Counted from the stretch's first letter, positions 39,285-52,239 are shown. The stretch is DNA of 56,142 bases from Octopus bimaculoides (GCF_001194135.2 NC_068987.1:23633051-23689192), one strand, 5' to 3'. Numbers and translations: made by a program. The notes: a model not told the origin generated them from the letters alone.

Positions 39285-40000
39285 CAGTATTAATAATGGA
39301 AAGTATTAATAATGTCACTACCAGTATCTAGTTGTAACTTGATATTGACTTTGTTTACTTTTACATATACAAATTTCCTCTTTTTGGTGTCGCTTCTACT
39401 TTCTTTTGAGAAAACTTTAGAATTTTTTAAGTTCAACCTTCCTAACTTTGCTCTGCAATCTGAGCTCTTGTGTCCTACTTTTTGGCAACTGTAACAGTTT
39501 TGTATTTTGAAAGGACAATCATTCCTGAAATGTAGGACTCCACTTCCATAGCAGGGGCTTGGTTTTAACATATTTTTTCGTTTATAACTTCTCAGTCAAC
39601 ATGCTTGTACTTGTGAGAATGCCTTCTCTTCAATTTCCTTTACATCCTGTCACAAGTTTAACATTCTTTGACACTTCTCTGAAACTATTTCAGGGTTAAA
39701 CTTTGGTCAACTTCTTCAAGCTTTGTGAGAATTCTTGCACATATCTCTGCATCTTTGTTTGTCTTAAGCCCTTGTATAAAAATGAGGCACTTAAACATAT
39801 CAGGGGTTAGTTCCTTCAGTTTAAATCTTCTGCACATTTGGTTTACGGCCCTGGCATTTGTGACAAAGTCTTCATCTTCTTTTTTAACTAGATTCCAACA
39901 CTCCCATCGAGTGTTAAATAGGACACTCTTACCACTGAATATTTTGGATAGTAGTTCGACTGTTTCCTGGAAAGAAATTTCACTAGTTTTTGTTAGTATG
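39285..40000 (-). mobile_element. Gypsy-type LTR retrotransposon gag-protease relic
   Basis: Gag-like RWECWNLVKKEDEDF..FIQGL; two zinc knuckles (CYGSGVLHFRNDCP, CYSCQKVGHKSSDC); aspartic protease QLDTGS. Confidence 0.85.
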
Positions 40001-40012
40001 AAATTTCTGTGG

Positions 40013-40105
<93 letters not shown>

Positions 40106-40188
40106 AACTTATAAACATCTCCTTATCGAAGTGGAAAAATTATCATAAAAACCATTTCTATTCATTTTTTTTAAATACACACAGACAA

Positions 40189-40220
<32 letters not shown>

Positions 40221-41449
40221 ACACACACACACTCACACACACACATATAAACAGCTAAGTTTCATACTTAATGCATATACACTGTTGACAGGCAAGTTAT
40301 TTCTGTTTTTGTCCAAGATAAAATCTCTTACAAACATATCGTATTTAAAAACACAATGCACATCAAAGGGAGAAGAATTATCATCCCTGCAGTTGCTAGC
40401 AAGATCACCAGATTTGTTCAGTCTATATTGGCCTTGTTGATGATGTGTACTTACAGCCAGCCATATGCCTACACAAGATTCTTTATATCTGATATGGGAA
40501 ATATCAAATAATACATTCACTGGAATTGACATCCCTTAGTATACAGGTTCAATAATTTCATTAGATATTTCCAAATGTGTTCTTTGCCTGAGTCTGTGGA
40601 AACATGGTAAAAGTGGTGTTTTTTATATAGCTAGAGGTGTATACACTGACAAAATTACAATAACTAATTACAATACTAATTACTATGGAATAAGGCAAAA
40701 AATTTTAGGAGAAATTAGTCAGTTACACCAACTCCAATTCTTGACTGGTATTTTTTTTTTATCTATAACACAAAAATGAAAGGCCTAGGCAAGATTTGAA
40801 CTCAGAACATAAAGAGCTAGAACAAATGCCATTAAGCATTTTGTCTTATATGCAAACAACTCTACAAACTTGCTGTCATGCAATGCGTAGATAATGAACA
40901 CTAACCTTCTAACCATTGAAATACAAAATTAAATTGCATTGTTATTCCTATAATGATGTTAAGTACCTACCAAAATATAGAATTGGTATTTTCTGCAAGT
41001 CATGCAACCTCATAATAAATTATATACTTCAACAAAAAATAGTTTCAAACATGACATTCCTCAACAAAAGATAGATAGGTATATAAAAGTGTTTTCCACA
41101 GTTAAAATAATGAAATTTTGAGTGGATATGTCTGATTTCTCCTGTGGAAAACCAACAGTGTCTAATAATCTAGCACAACACAATTTTTCGTGTTCTGAAG
41201 AAAGTTTATGGTGATGTTGAGATGCAAGCTCAGCTTGCAACACCCCCGTGTGTGTGTGTGTATTAATTTGTACTAAAATAATAACAACTTTATTCACTTG
41301 TTTCTAATCTTACATGAAAATATATCTGGTCTTGAGGAAATATTAACTTTCTTGGAAACAAATGAGGGTTGGTCAAAGTCAAGGCATCCAGCCATAGAAA
41401 ACCTGTCTCAACAGATTCCATCTGACCCATACAAGCATGTGTTAGTAGT

Positions 41450-42287
41450 AGTAGCAGCAGCAGTGGTGTGGTGGTGGCGGTGGCAACAGTAGAAGTTGTA
41501 GTCATCTCACTACCACTGCCAATAACAATTGTCACCACTTCCAGTGTCACATTAGCCAATACTACTACCACAACCACTCCTGTTCCCCCTCTACCACCAC
41601 CACCACCACCATGGCAACTCCACCACTATCATTATCCCCATGGCTGTACCACCATTACTACTGTCATCACCTACTACTACTCCACCATTTTCTATTTTAC
41701 TACCACCGACACTACTGCCACCAACATCAACCACCCCTATCAAACCATTTTGCCAAATTGCCACTGTACTGCTATATTACCACTATAACCACTCTATATC
41801 ATCACTGATGGTACCTCTACTATACCATCATCACTCATACAACTAACATTGTCTTCATACCACTACCAACCCACCACAACAATCAACAACAACCCACTAG
41901 TCCAGCACCATCATCACCGACTGACCACCAACACCACCACCACCTCCACCACCACTACCACCAACACCACCAACACCAGCAATACACACAAACTATCACC
42001 AACACCACTAACACCACCTATACCACCACCACCACCACTTACACCTCCAACACCGCCATCACCAACAATACCGGCAAAACACCACCAATACTACCATTAC
42101 CACCAACACCACTAACACCACCATTACTACCAACACCACCATTACCACCACCAACACCACCATTACCACCAACAGCAACACTCATACCACCACCAACACC
42201 ACCATTACCACCAACAGCAACACTCATACCACCACCAACACCACGGCCACCATCATCAATACCTTCTCCACCACTACCACTGCAAAC
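41450..42287. repeat. Long degenerate (ACC/ACT)n low-complexity tract
   Basis: C/A-rich trinucleotide tract with a ~42-bp sub-repeat near 42150-42245; runs into a gap. Confidence 0.9.
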
Positions 42288-43118
42288 NNNNNNNNNNNNN
42301 NNNNNNNNNNNNNNNNNNNNNNNNNNNNNNNNNNNNNNNNNNNNNNNNNNNNNNNNNNNNNNNNNNNNNNNNNNNNNNNNNNNNNNNNNNNNNNNNNNNN
42401 NNNNNNNNNNNNNNNNNNNNNNNNNNNNNNNNNNNNNNNNNNNNNNNNNNNNNNNNNNNNNNNNNNNNNNNNNNNNNNNNNNNNNNNNNNNNNNNNNNNN
42501 NNNNNNNNNNNNNNNNNNNNNNNNNNNNNNNNNNNNNNNNNNNNNNNNNNNNNNNNNNNNNNNNNNNNNNNNNNNNNNNNNNNNNNNNNNNNNNNNNNNN
42601 NNNNNNNNNNNNNNNNNNNNNNNNNNNNNNNNNNNNNNNNNNNNNNNNNNNNNNNNNNNNNNNNNNNNNNNNNNNNNNNNNNNNNNNNNNNNNNNNNNNN
42701 NNNNNNNNNNNNNNNNNNNNNNNNNNNNNNNNNNNNNNNNNNNNNNNNNNNNNNNNNNNNNNNNNNNNNNNNNNNNNNNNNNNNNNNNNNNNNNNNNNNN
42801 NNNNNNNNNNNNNNNNNNNNNNNNNNNNNNNNNNNNNNNNNNNNNNNNNNNNNNNNNNNNNNNNNNNNNNNNNNNNNNNNNNNNNNNNNNNNNNNNNNNN
42901 NNNNNNNNNNNNNNNNNNNNNNNNNNNNNNNNNNNNNNNNNNNNNNNNNNNNNNNNNNNNNNNNNNNNNNNNNNNNNNNNNNNNNNNNNNNNNNNNNNNN
43001 NNNNNNNNNNNNNNNNNNNNNNNNNNNNNNNNNNNNNNNNNNNNNNNNNNNNNNNNNNNNNNNNNNNNNNNNNNNNNNNNNNNNNNNNNNNNNNNNNNNN
43101 NNNNNNNNNNNNNNNNNN

Positions 43119-43155
<37 letters not shown>

Positions 43156-43289
43156 TACACACATACATATATGTACATCAGTAAACATACATACACATGC
43201 ATGCACACATGTTTTACATTTTTGCATATACACGTGTGTGTGTGTGCATGTGTGTGTGTATGTGTGTGTGTTTGTGTGTAAGTGTGTGT

Positions 43290-43327
<38 letters not shown>

Positions 43328-45006
43328 CTAACTGATGATGATGGTAGTTTCTCATTGTCCGAGAAAGATGGTCCTGCAACTTCTTGCTGAATAAACCTGC
43401 ATAAATGATTTGTTTATAGTGATCAAATGATTGTGCTGGACATTAGCTCACTTTCTCCATCAAATCAAAGTTGCCTGAGCAGGCACATGGTGTACAACGC
43501 GTTAGGTGTTGAAATAATCACAGAGCAACATGAGATTAAGTGTTTTATTCAAGAACACAAAGCGCCACCTGGCCCAGGAACTGAAATCATGATGTTGCAC
43601 TCATAAGAGCAATAGCCTAACCACTAGGTCATGTGCCCCCTGTCTATGCATATACAGAGACACACATACACATACACAAATATATATGTGCACTTCTGGT
43701 CAGCATATTTAACAATTCATCGGTATTGCTAGGTGCAATAGAAGCCCTTGGTGACATGAGCATCCAGCCAGCATGTCTGAATGTCTGAAGAGTTGTCGTT
43801 ATTGCCAAGTGGAATAGCTTGTATGAAACTTTTGATAACATTCTGACTAGTTATATGACATAAACAGTAATATACTGCTTGGCAGTATATATATANNNNN
43901 NNNNNNNNNNNNNNNNNNNNNNNNNNNNNNNNNNNNNNNNNNNNNNNNNNNNNNNNNNNNNNNNNNNNNNNNNNNNNNNNNNNNNNNNNNNNNNNNNNNN
44001 NNNNNNNNNNNNNNNNNNNNNNNNNNNNNNNNNNNNNNNNNNNNNNNNNNNNNNNNNNNNNNNNNNNNNNNNNNNNNNNNNNNNNNNNNNNNNNNNNNNN
44101 NNNNNNNNNNNNNNNNNNNNNNNNNNNNNNNNNNNNNNNNNNNNNNNNNNNNNNNNNNNNNNNNNNNNNNNNNNNNNNNNNNNNNNNNNNNNNNNNNNNN
44201 NNNNNNNNNNNNNNNNNNNNNNNNNNNNNNNNNNNNNNNNNNNNNNNNNNNNNNNNNNNNNNNNNNNNNNNNNNNNNNNNNNNNNNNNNNNNNNNNNNNN
44301 NNNNNNNNNNNNNNNNNNNNNNNNNNNNNNNNNNNNNNNNNNNNNNNNNNNNNNNNNNNNNNNNNNNNNNNNNNNNNNNNNNNNNNNNNNNTATATATAT
44401 ATGTACACACACACATATACACACACACACATATATATGTATACATACAGTTCAATTTAAGCCAAGCTGGTTGAAAGACCCTGAATGTAGCTGCACAGAA
44501 GATTATGCCCAGTTGCGTATGTGACTGCACATATTCTGTGCACTGGTAACATGTGTAGGTCATCATAACCATAAAATTATGCTGTATGACATTGTAAGAA
44601 AAGAGGAATTAAATTTTGAGGCTGTACCGATCTCCATATTCTCTATTGTTATAATTATTGCTATATATACATATATACATACAAATATGCATACATACAT
44701 ATATACATATATCTATATATATATATATGTATGTATGTATTTATCTTCATCTATGGAGGAGATATTACAGTTGCCAAATGGCATCTGAGACCAGCTGCAT
44801 ATGAGACAAGCACAAGATTCAATAATCCTCCAAAGTTGATATGCCATTAAGGACAGGAACAGGACTATCGTGGACATGATTTTCTGCTTTCGTAGGTACC
44901 GTCAGTATCACACACACACACACACACACGTGTATATGCAAAAATGTAAAACATGTGTGCATGCATGTGTATGTATGTTTACTGATGTACATATATGTGT
45001 GTGTGT

Positions 45007-45195
45007 GTGGCTGTGTGGTAAGTAGCTTGCTTACCAACCACATGGTTCCAGGTTCAGTCCCACTGCGTGGCACCTTGGGCAAGTGTCTTCTACTAGAGCC
45101 TCGGGCTGACCAAAGCCTTGTGAGTGGATTTGGTAGATGGAAACTGAGAGAAGCCCATCGTATATATGTATATGTATATATATATGTGTGTGTTT
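45007..45195 (+). mobile_element. Young 5' half of the dominant SINE, cut by a gap
   Basis: GTGGCTGTGTGGTAAGTAGCTTGCTTACCAACCACATGGTTCCAGGTTCAGTCCCACTGCGTGGCACCTTGGGCAAGTG; close to the 10033-10442 copy. Confidence 0.85.
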
Positions 45196-46275
45196 NNNNN
45201 NNNNNNNNNNNNNNNNNNNNNNNNNNNNNNNNNNNNNNNNNNNNNNNNNNNNNNNNNNNNNNNNNNNNNNNNNNNNNNNNNNNNNNNNNNNNNNNNNNNN
45301 NNNNNNNNNNNNNNNNNNNNNNNNNNNNNNNNNNNNNNNNNNNNNNNNNNNNNNNNNNNNNNNNNNNNNNNNNNNNNNNNNNNNNNNNNNNNNNNNNNNN
45401 NNNNNNNNNNNNNNNNNNNNNNNNNNNNNNNNNNNNNNNNNNNNNNNNNNNNNNNNNNNNNNNNNNNNNNNNNNNNNNNNNNNNNNNNNNNNNNNNNNNN
45501 NNNNNNNNNNNNNNNNNNNNNNNNNNNNNNNNNNNNNNNNNNNNNNNNNNNNNNNNNNNNNNNNNNNNNNNNNNNNNNNNNNNNNNNNNNNNNNNNNNNN
45601 NNNNNNNNNNNNNNNNNNNNNNNNNNNNNNNNNNNNNNNNNNNNNNNNNNNNNNNNNNNNNNNNNNNNNNNNNNNNNNNNNNNNNNNNNNNNNNNNNNNN
45701 NNNNNNNNNNNNNNNNNNNNNNNNNNNNNNNNNNNNNNNNNNNNNNNNNNNNNNNNNNNNNNNNNNNNNNNNNNNNNNNNNNNNNNNNNNNNNNNNNNNN
45801 NNNNNNNNNNNNNNNNNNNNNNNNNNNNNNNNNNNNNNNNNNNNNNNNNNNNNNNNNNNNNNNNNNNNNNNNNNNNNNNNNNNNNNTATATATATATATA
45901 TATATATATGCACATATACATATATATACATACATATATATATATACATACATACATAGATATATATGTATGCATGTATATATATACCCACACACACACA
46001 TATATATATATACACACATGCATATATATATATATATATATATATTATTTGTTTCAGTCTTTAGACTGTAGCCATGCTGGAGCACCACCTTAAAGAGTTT
46101 TTATTTGAACAAATAGACCCCTCTACATTTTTTTAAGCCTGGTACTTTATTCCAAGGACATAAACAAACCAACATTGGTTGTCAAATGGCAGTGGGAGAC
46201 AAAAACAGACACAAATGCACACACACACACACACACACAAACATAAATGTACATATAAAGATGTATATAATCAAA

Positions 46276-46310
<35 letters not shown>

Positions 46311-46370
46311 GTGTGCATATGTGTGTGTATGTATGATGTTTTGTTTGCAAAACATCATGCATACATACAT

Positions 46371-46402
<32 letters not shown>

Positions 46403-46519
46403 TTTATATATATATTTTATATAACACTAACAGATAAACTACCAAACAATGTACACACACACACACACACACATACATACGCACACACATTCTGTTATCA
46501 TACACACACTCGCAGACTC

Positions 46520-46800
46520 TCGCGCACGCACAGATATTCACCTCCCTTTTCACTCTCCTGTCTTAGAAAGAACTTTTCCCCCACCACCTCCTCTTCCGAT
46601 CCTTTCACAATGTAACCTTGTGGGCATCGGTGCCATTTTCCTCTTCCTTCGGTTTTCCATTCTCCGAACTTTCTGTCTTTCCGACGAAGGGCTCTGCCCA
46701 AAACGTCATACTCTCTCTCCTTTCTTTCCCGAGCGTCCAATAACACTATCCGTATCACGTCCTCACTTTGTTGTTTTTTTGTTATTGTTTTTTGTGTTTT
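46520..46800 (+). repeat. Penelope-type LTR-like fragment with a decayed hammerhead (46681-46707)
   Basis: CCGACGA-A-GGGC-TCT-GCCC-AAAA-CGTC in a pyrimidine-rich repeat; two core lesions (U4>C, G12>A). Confidence 0.5.
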
Positions 46801-46841
46801 TTTTAACTTATATATATACATATATATACATATATATATAG

Positions 46842-46883
<42 letters not shown>

Positions 46884-46944
46884 AATATATAAAAACAAAA
46901 AGATAAAGAGAGCAAAGGTAAGGTTGAAGAATTTTATGGATAGA

Positions 46945-46993
46945 GTCTTACAGCTGTTTCTGGGAAGATCTAGTACTTCCCTTCATCGGAGAC
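46945..46993 (-). ncRNA. Hammerhead-like motif with a U4>C core substitution
   Basis: The - strand reads GTCT-CCGATGA-A-GGGAAG-TACTAGAT-CTTCCC-A-GAAA-C-AGCT-G-TA/AGAC; perfect 4-bp stem I and 6-bp stem II. Confidence 0.6.
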
Positions 46994-47760
46994 AGAAAAC
47001 ATAAAGTAATCTATTATTATATCCATAGGCGGATATTTTGATATTGTGATAACATTTCTAAGATTTGATTAAATAAATGGCAAAAGCATGAGTATATGAT
47101 TAAGATGTTTGCTTCACAATCACTCAGTTTTGGGTTCAGAGCCACTTTGTGGTACTTTGGGCAAATGTATATCATTATATTCTAGAGCTGACCATTACTT
47201 TGTCAGGGAATTCAATAGACTTTTTCATTGGTTTCAGTGATTGAACTGTGACAATGCTGGAGACGTACTTGAAAGGTTTAGTTGACCAAATCAACCCCAG
47301 TCCTAATTCATTTTTAGTCTACTTGTTTTTTTGATGACTTTTTTTCTTACTGAATTGCTAATTTATAGGGAAGTAACCAAACCAACACTTGTTATCAAAT
47401 GAAGTTTGGGAAAGATAAACACAAAAATGCTCACACACTTACATGTATGTATGTATGTATTTATATATAGACAGAAACTGAAAGAAGTCTGTTGTATTTT
47501 TGCATATATGTGTGTGAGAGAGAGAGAGAGTGTGTGTGTGTTTGTGTAAGTGAGTGTGTTTCTTTGTGTCTGTATTTGTCCCCTACTGCTTAACAACCGG
47601 TGCTGGTGTGTTTACATCCTTGTAACTTAGCAGTTTAGCAAAAGACACTGATAGAGTATGTACAAGCTGAGGAACACATATGCCATAGAAACCGGGAAAC
47701 CAGGCCCATGAGCCTGGCTAGGTTTTAAAAGGTCACATAAGTAAAAAATATATATATATA

Positions 47761-47851
<91 letters not shown>

Positions 47852-48164
47852 ATGTATGTATGTATGTATGTAGATTTAACCAATACCTGCAAATCCTCTG
47901 CACAGTTTCTTCCTTTTAAGTGTGAGGGAGCCAAGCTCTAAACTCTCACATATCAAATGTTTGACAAAACAGAATAAAAGGCAATGGAAATGGGACTGAG
48001 TAGGGTGTGAGGGTTTTAGTAGAGTATAATGCAGGTGACAGAAGAAGAAAGGATAATAACAAGTTATTCAAAGAGACATGAAAACAGAAAGGAGGAAATA
48101 CCATAGAAGTTACATGTTGAATAAAGTCATGATGACAAATAACTTTGTTACCAGTAAAGAATGT

Positions 48165-48202
<38 letters not shown>

Positions 48203-48683
48203 AATGTATGTATGTGTGTGTGTGCATGTGTATATGTTTGTGCATTTGTGTGTGTGGTGGTGGTGGGGAGATTTAGCTATTGGTTGCTTGTATAAAACTA
48301 TTGATGTCATATAGCTGTTAGTAATATAAAGCTATAGACATTATATAGGCTTTGGTATACTGTAAGCGGATAGATTTGTGTACTTTTCATTGGTCAATGT
48401 CATATTTGAAAGGAGATTGTTTGACTGAGGAGGAAACTAAAAGAAAAACTGTTTACATTATTTAGTTATTGGTGGGGTGTTGGAAGAAAGGTAAATGACA
48501 GAATAGTAAACATGAGTGGAACAAAGCAATTTTTGAATCAGTATTTAGTTTTAACCATTTACATTCTGAGCTCAAATCTCCCGAGTATCAATATCATAAG
48601 CACCAGTTAAGTCATAATCCTCTGCAAAAGTTAAAGAAAGAAGAAAAAAGAAATTATTATTTAGCTATTAGTATTATAAAGTT

Positions 48684-49049
48684 GCAAAAGGGTCACAAAA
48701 ATTAGTATTATAAAAAATAAAATGTTTTGAATGACACAACAATACACTATAATACAAACGGTGCTGTAATCCATAGTCTGATATGATATTTTGGAATAAA
48801 AATTCCTTCTTCAGTATCCCTAGGAATCAATGGAGCCGCTGCTATAATCATTGGAAAACCAATTATAGCAGAGACTCCATCGATTCCTAGGGATATCTGA
48901 AGAAGGAATTTTTTTTCCAAAATACCATATCAGACTATGGATGATTAGATTACAGCATCGTTTGTATTATAGCGCATTGTTGTACCATTCAAAACTTTTT
49001 ATTCTTTACAAACAATACACAATGCTTCAAGCGAACTACAATACTCTCC
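48684..49049. repeat. ~270-bp fold-back (48724-48995) with a hammerhead-like motif in each arm, flanked by a 15-bp direct repeat
   Basis: Arms ~135 bp and highly similar, with a tiny loop (TTGG-AAAA-CCAA). + arm: GATAT-CTGAAGA-A-GGAA-TTTT-TTCC-AAAA-TACC/ATATC (48892-48931); mirror motif on - at 48780-48818. TAGTATTATAAAGTT at 48669-83 and 49050-64. Confidence 0.75.
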
Positions 49050-49458
49050 TAGTATTATAAAGTTATAAATGACTTGCCAGAATCATTTAAGTACTGAAAA
49101 ATATGCTTGGAGATATTACTTCCAGTCTTTTATGTTCTGAGCTCCAAATCTAGCTGAGGACAACTTTGATGTGCATCCTTTTGGGGTTGCTAAAATAATT
49201 ACAAGCCATTTTGGAGTTAGTCATACTAGTGACCTTAGTATTCAAAATTTCACATTTTGTGCTCATGTTAGAAACAAACAATTATAAAGACTCATGACGG
49301 AATACTCGATCTACAAGATGGTGCTTCTGTTACATATGTTAGACACCTTAGTAATGGAATTTCATATTAATTAGAAGAACTAACAGTTATTTTCATTTAT
49401 AAAATGGTTTGCAATATAAAATGTGAGTGGATTTGGTAAATGAAAACTGAAAGAAGTC

Positions 49459-49650
49459 CATCATCATCATCATTTAATGTCCATTTTCCATACTGGCATG
49501 GGTTGGACAGTTTGACTGGAGTTGGTAAGGCCAGGGGCCACACCAAGCCCCATTCTCCTGGCATGGTTTCTATGGCTGGATGCCCTTCCTAACACAAATC
49601 ACTCTACAAAGTGTACTGGATGCTTTTTATATAGCACCAGCACCAGTGCT
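49459..49650 (-). mobile_element. RTE-type 3' end, minus strand
   Basis: (CAT)n TTAATGTCCATTTTCCATACTGGCATGGGTTGGAC...CTGGATGCCCTTCCTAAC. Confidence 0.75.
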
Positions 49651-50015
49651 TTTAATGTGGCACCAGTACAAGTTTTTTCTATATGGCACCAGTACTAATA
49701 TCAGCTCTGCTGTGGCTGACAAGTCTGATAAAAATGTATGTGTATGTAAAAATGTGTATACATGTATATGTGTGTATGAGTTTATGTGTTTGTACTGTTT
49801 TCCCTAGATATCACACAATAGTTGTAAACAAGTACCACTGTTGTATACACAACATCCTTTGCTTCTCATTTTCCATGAAAATATGTCCCGCCATGGGGAA
49901 ATATTACCTTGCTTGGTGGTGGTGGTGGTAGTGGCAGTGGCGGCGGCGGCGGTGGCGGCAGCAACAGTGGTGGTGGTGGTGATGATGATGATGATGGTGA
50001 AGAAGCTTTATAGAT

Positions 50016-50152
50016 ATGGGCTCAGATATGGCTGTGTAGTTAAGAAGATCACTTTGCTGCTATAGCCTTGGCTAATTAATGCCTTCTGAGTGAATTTGGT
50101 ACACAGACACCAAGTGGATGTCTGTTGTATTTGTGTGTGTGTATGTATGTAC

Positions 50153-50183
<31 letters not shown>

Positions 50184-50453
50184 GGTAGGTAGGTAGGTAG
50201 GTATGTATGTATGTATGTATGTATGTATGTATCTATGTATGTGTTTGTGTTTGTCCCCCACCACCTCTTGACAACTAGCGTTGGTTTGTTTATGTTCCTA
50301 CAACTTAGTAAGAAGAGACTGATAGAATAAGATTTAAAGTAAGCACAGGGGTTGACTTGTTTGACTAAACCCTTTAAGGCACTTCCCCAGCATAGCCACA
50401 GTCACGACAGTCATGACAGACTGACAATAAGTAAAGGATAAAAGATAAAAGAT
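50016..50453 (+). mobile_element. Internally deleted copy of the dominant SINE just upstream of exon 2
   Basis: Head GGCTGTGTAGTTAAG, (TATG)n core, TTTGTCCCC..CTTGACAAC, CCCCAGCATAGCCACAGTC, AAGATAAAAG tail. Confidence 0.75.
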
Positions 50454-50807
50454 ACTGTGTATGCAGTCATACAGCCAGCTAGAAATAGCACCCAAATTTC
50501 CTTCAAATCATTCCTGTCTCCAAATATACAGGATGGTTATCACTAGAAATGTCACAGACAATAGAACTACTCAGTTAAGTTAGACCTGAGAGCAGACAAT
50601 ATCAAAAATATCTACTCCAATTAAATTGATTGGATTTTCTCCCCACTCAAAAAATGAACACCCCATTTGCCTTAATTTATTTTAAAATAATTAAAAATTA
50701 AGCTAAAAGAAAAAATATACTGAAATTATTGTATTGAAACAAACTATTGTTTATTCCAAATACCAAACATTCTTTACATTCTTTTATATTTTTAATTTTA
50801 TTTGCAG

Positions 50808-52178
50808 TTGGTGCAGGCTGGTGAGCAACTGCTGTTATCCGGTGATATTACGACCAGCTTCCCACCAAGAAACCACAAAATAAAACTACTGCGGTGCATC
50901 AACAGTAAAAGTGAAAACGTCTATTTGCCATTTGAGAAAAGAGGAATTTTTTCAACAATTTATTCAGAAGATATGTACACTGGAGTACTTCAGATTCGAG
51001 ACATTATCCAAAAGTACCGTATGCCACTTACTGTCAAATTGGTGCATGGAATTTGGCCTAAGGTAGAGAAAGAACGTTTCACTGGTTTAATACGTCTAGA
51101 TTGGGTTTATGTTGATGATACAGTATTTATGTGTCCTTTCGAAAAAGACATTGTTCGTATGATCCCAGTACCTTTAGATTCCTCACTGCAGTTAGCACCT
51201 TCAACAAATTTCAAAGCCTTGACAGAGAAAGAATCTTACAAAAAACTTCACTCAAAATGTTCAAGAATGGTGTCTAACTACAATAACACTATTCATCTCA
51301 TAGTAAATGTACCAAATGCTGTAGCAAGATGTTTCAATAATAAAGTGTCACGTAATATGTTTTCCCAGACAATTCAGCCGGAGTCAAATGCAAAAGCAAT
51401 CTCCAAGGTAAAAGAAGAGAGGCTGATGGATGAGATCGATGATATATATCAGTTTGTCCGTGATGGTGGTATAGTACCAAAGTCAAAGTTTACTTATGAT
51501 TCAGATGAAGAAAGCTTCTGGGAAGAACCAGCTTATGAGCCACTTGATAACTTCCAGCAATGTCTCAAGGCTATTGAATCAGGAAAGCAAGTTCAGTACC
51601 ACAAGAAATACCAACCTGCAGATACAGCCAAACTTGGTTTGGGGCGCAAACAAAATGCTAGTAACATCCGTAAGTCTCAGAGATCATACATTAATTCTTC
51701 AGGTAAGACTACTTTATTTTCAACAGCTGCCGACAGTAAATCCAAGGAAAAACAAAAACAAGTAGTTGAAAAATGGAACTTGCCTCAAATTAAGCCTGAA
51801 GCAGACAGAGCAACAAATAATCAGAACTTAACTAAGAGTTGCAATAATGGTTCTAATTTACCATTAGGTTCCACTGCCAAAGACTCTGCTAAGACATCCC
51901 ATAGTGCTGAAACACCACTCCCACCACCTGTCCCACCACGCTGCTACAAAAGATCTGGTTCTTTCCCATTATTGGATACTTCACCTGTTTTACCGCTTGT
52001 ACAAGCTTCAAGTGAACGGCAATTAATGCAGTCTTCGAAGTCAAACAACACCAGCCAGGGCTCAAGTGCTACCAGTAGTGCAAACAGTTCAAAAAATTTC
52101 TCAAAAAAAATGTCTTTGGAAGAATCAGCACATTTTATAAAACACCTGAACAAAAGACGACAGACAATGTTTTTATAA
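50808..52178 (+). CDS. CABIT-domain adaptor protein, terminal coding exon (456 aa + stop)
   Basis: Long polypyrimidine tract then TTTGCAG|TTG acceptor (AG 50806-07), phase 0, compatible with the exon-1 donor and giving ...SSNVTK|LVQAGEQLLL... CABIT-like blocks: GEQLLL, LLRCINSKSENVYLPFEKRGIFS, IRDIIQKYRMPLTVKLVHG. The tail has DDIYQFVR, EEPAYEPL and PLPPPVPPR; stop TAA 52176-78. Confidence 0.87.
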   Translation: MVQAGEQLLLSGDITTSFPPRNHKIKLLRCINSKSENVYLPFEKRGIFSTIYSEDMYTGVLQIRDIIQKYRMPLTVKLVHGIWPKVEKERFTGLIRLDWVYVDDTVFMCPFEKDIVRMIPVPLDSSLQLAPSTNFKALTEKESYKKLHSKCSRMVSNYNNTIHLIVNVPNAVARCFNNKVSRNMFSQTIQPESNAKAISKVKEERLMDEIDDIYQFVRDGGIVPKSKFTYDSDEESFWEEPAYEPLDNFQQCLKAIESGKQVQYHKKYQPADTAKLGLGRKQNASNIRKSQRSYINSSGKTTLFSTAADSKSKEKQKQVVEKWNLPQIKPEADRATNNQNLTKSCNNGSNLPLGSTAKDSAKTSHSAETPLPPPVPPRCYKRSGSFPLLDTSPVLPLVQASSERQLMQSSKSNNTSQGSSATSSANSSKNFSKKMSLEESAHFIKHLNKRRQTMFL

Positions 52179-52233
52179 CAAATCTTATTTTTGTATTCTT
52201 TTTGGAGACATTGGCAACAAATTCAATTTTTCT

Positions 52234-52239
52234 AATAAA
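52234..52239 (+). promoter_or_regulatory. Candidate polyadenylation signal
   Basis: AATAAA ~55 nt after the stop codon; the context is AT-rich, so a chance occurrence is plausible. Confidence 0.3.

Noticed and set aside
50802-50807. MQ start of the 458-aa ORF
   Set aside because: TTG-CAG is the splice acceptor (TTTGCAG), not a start codon.
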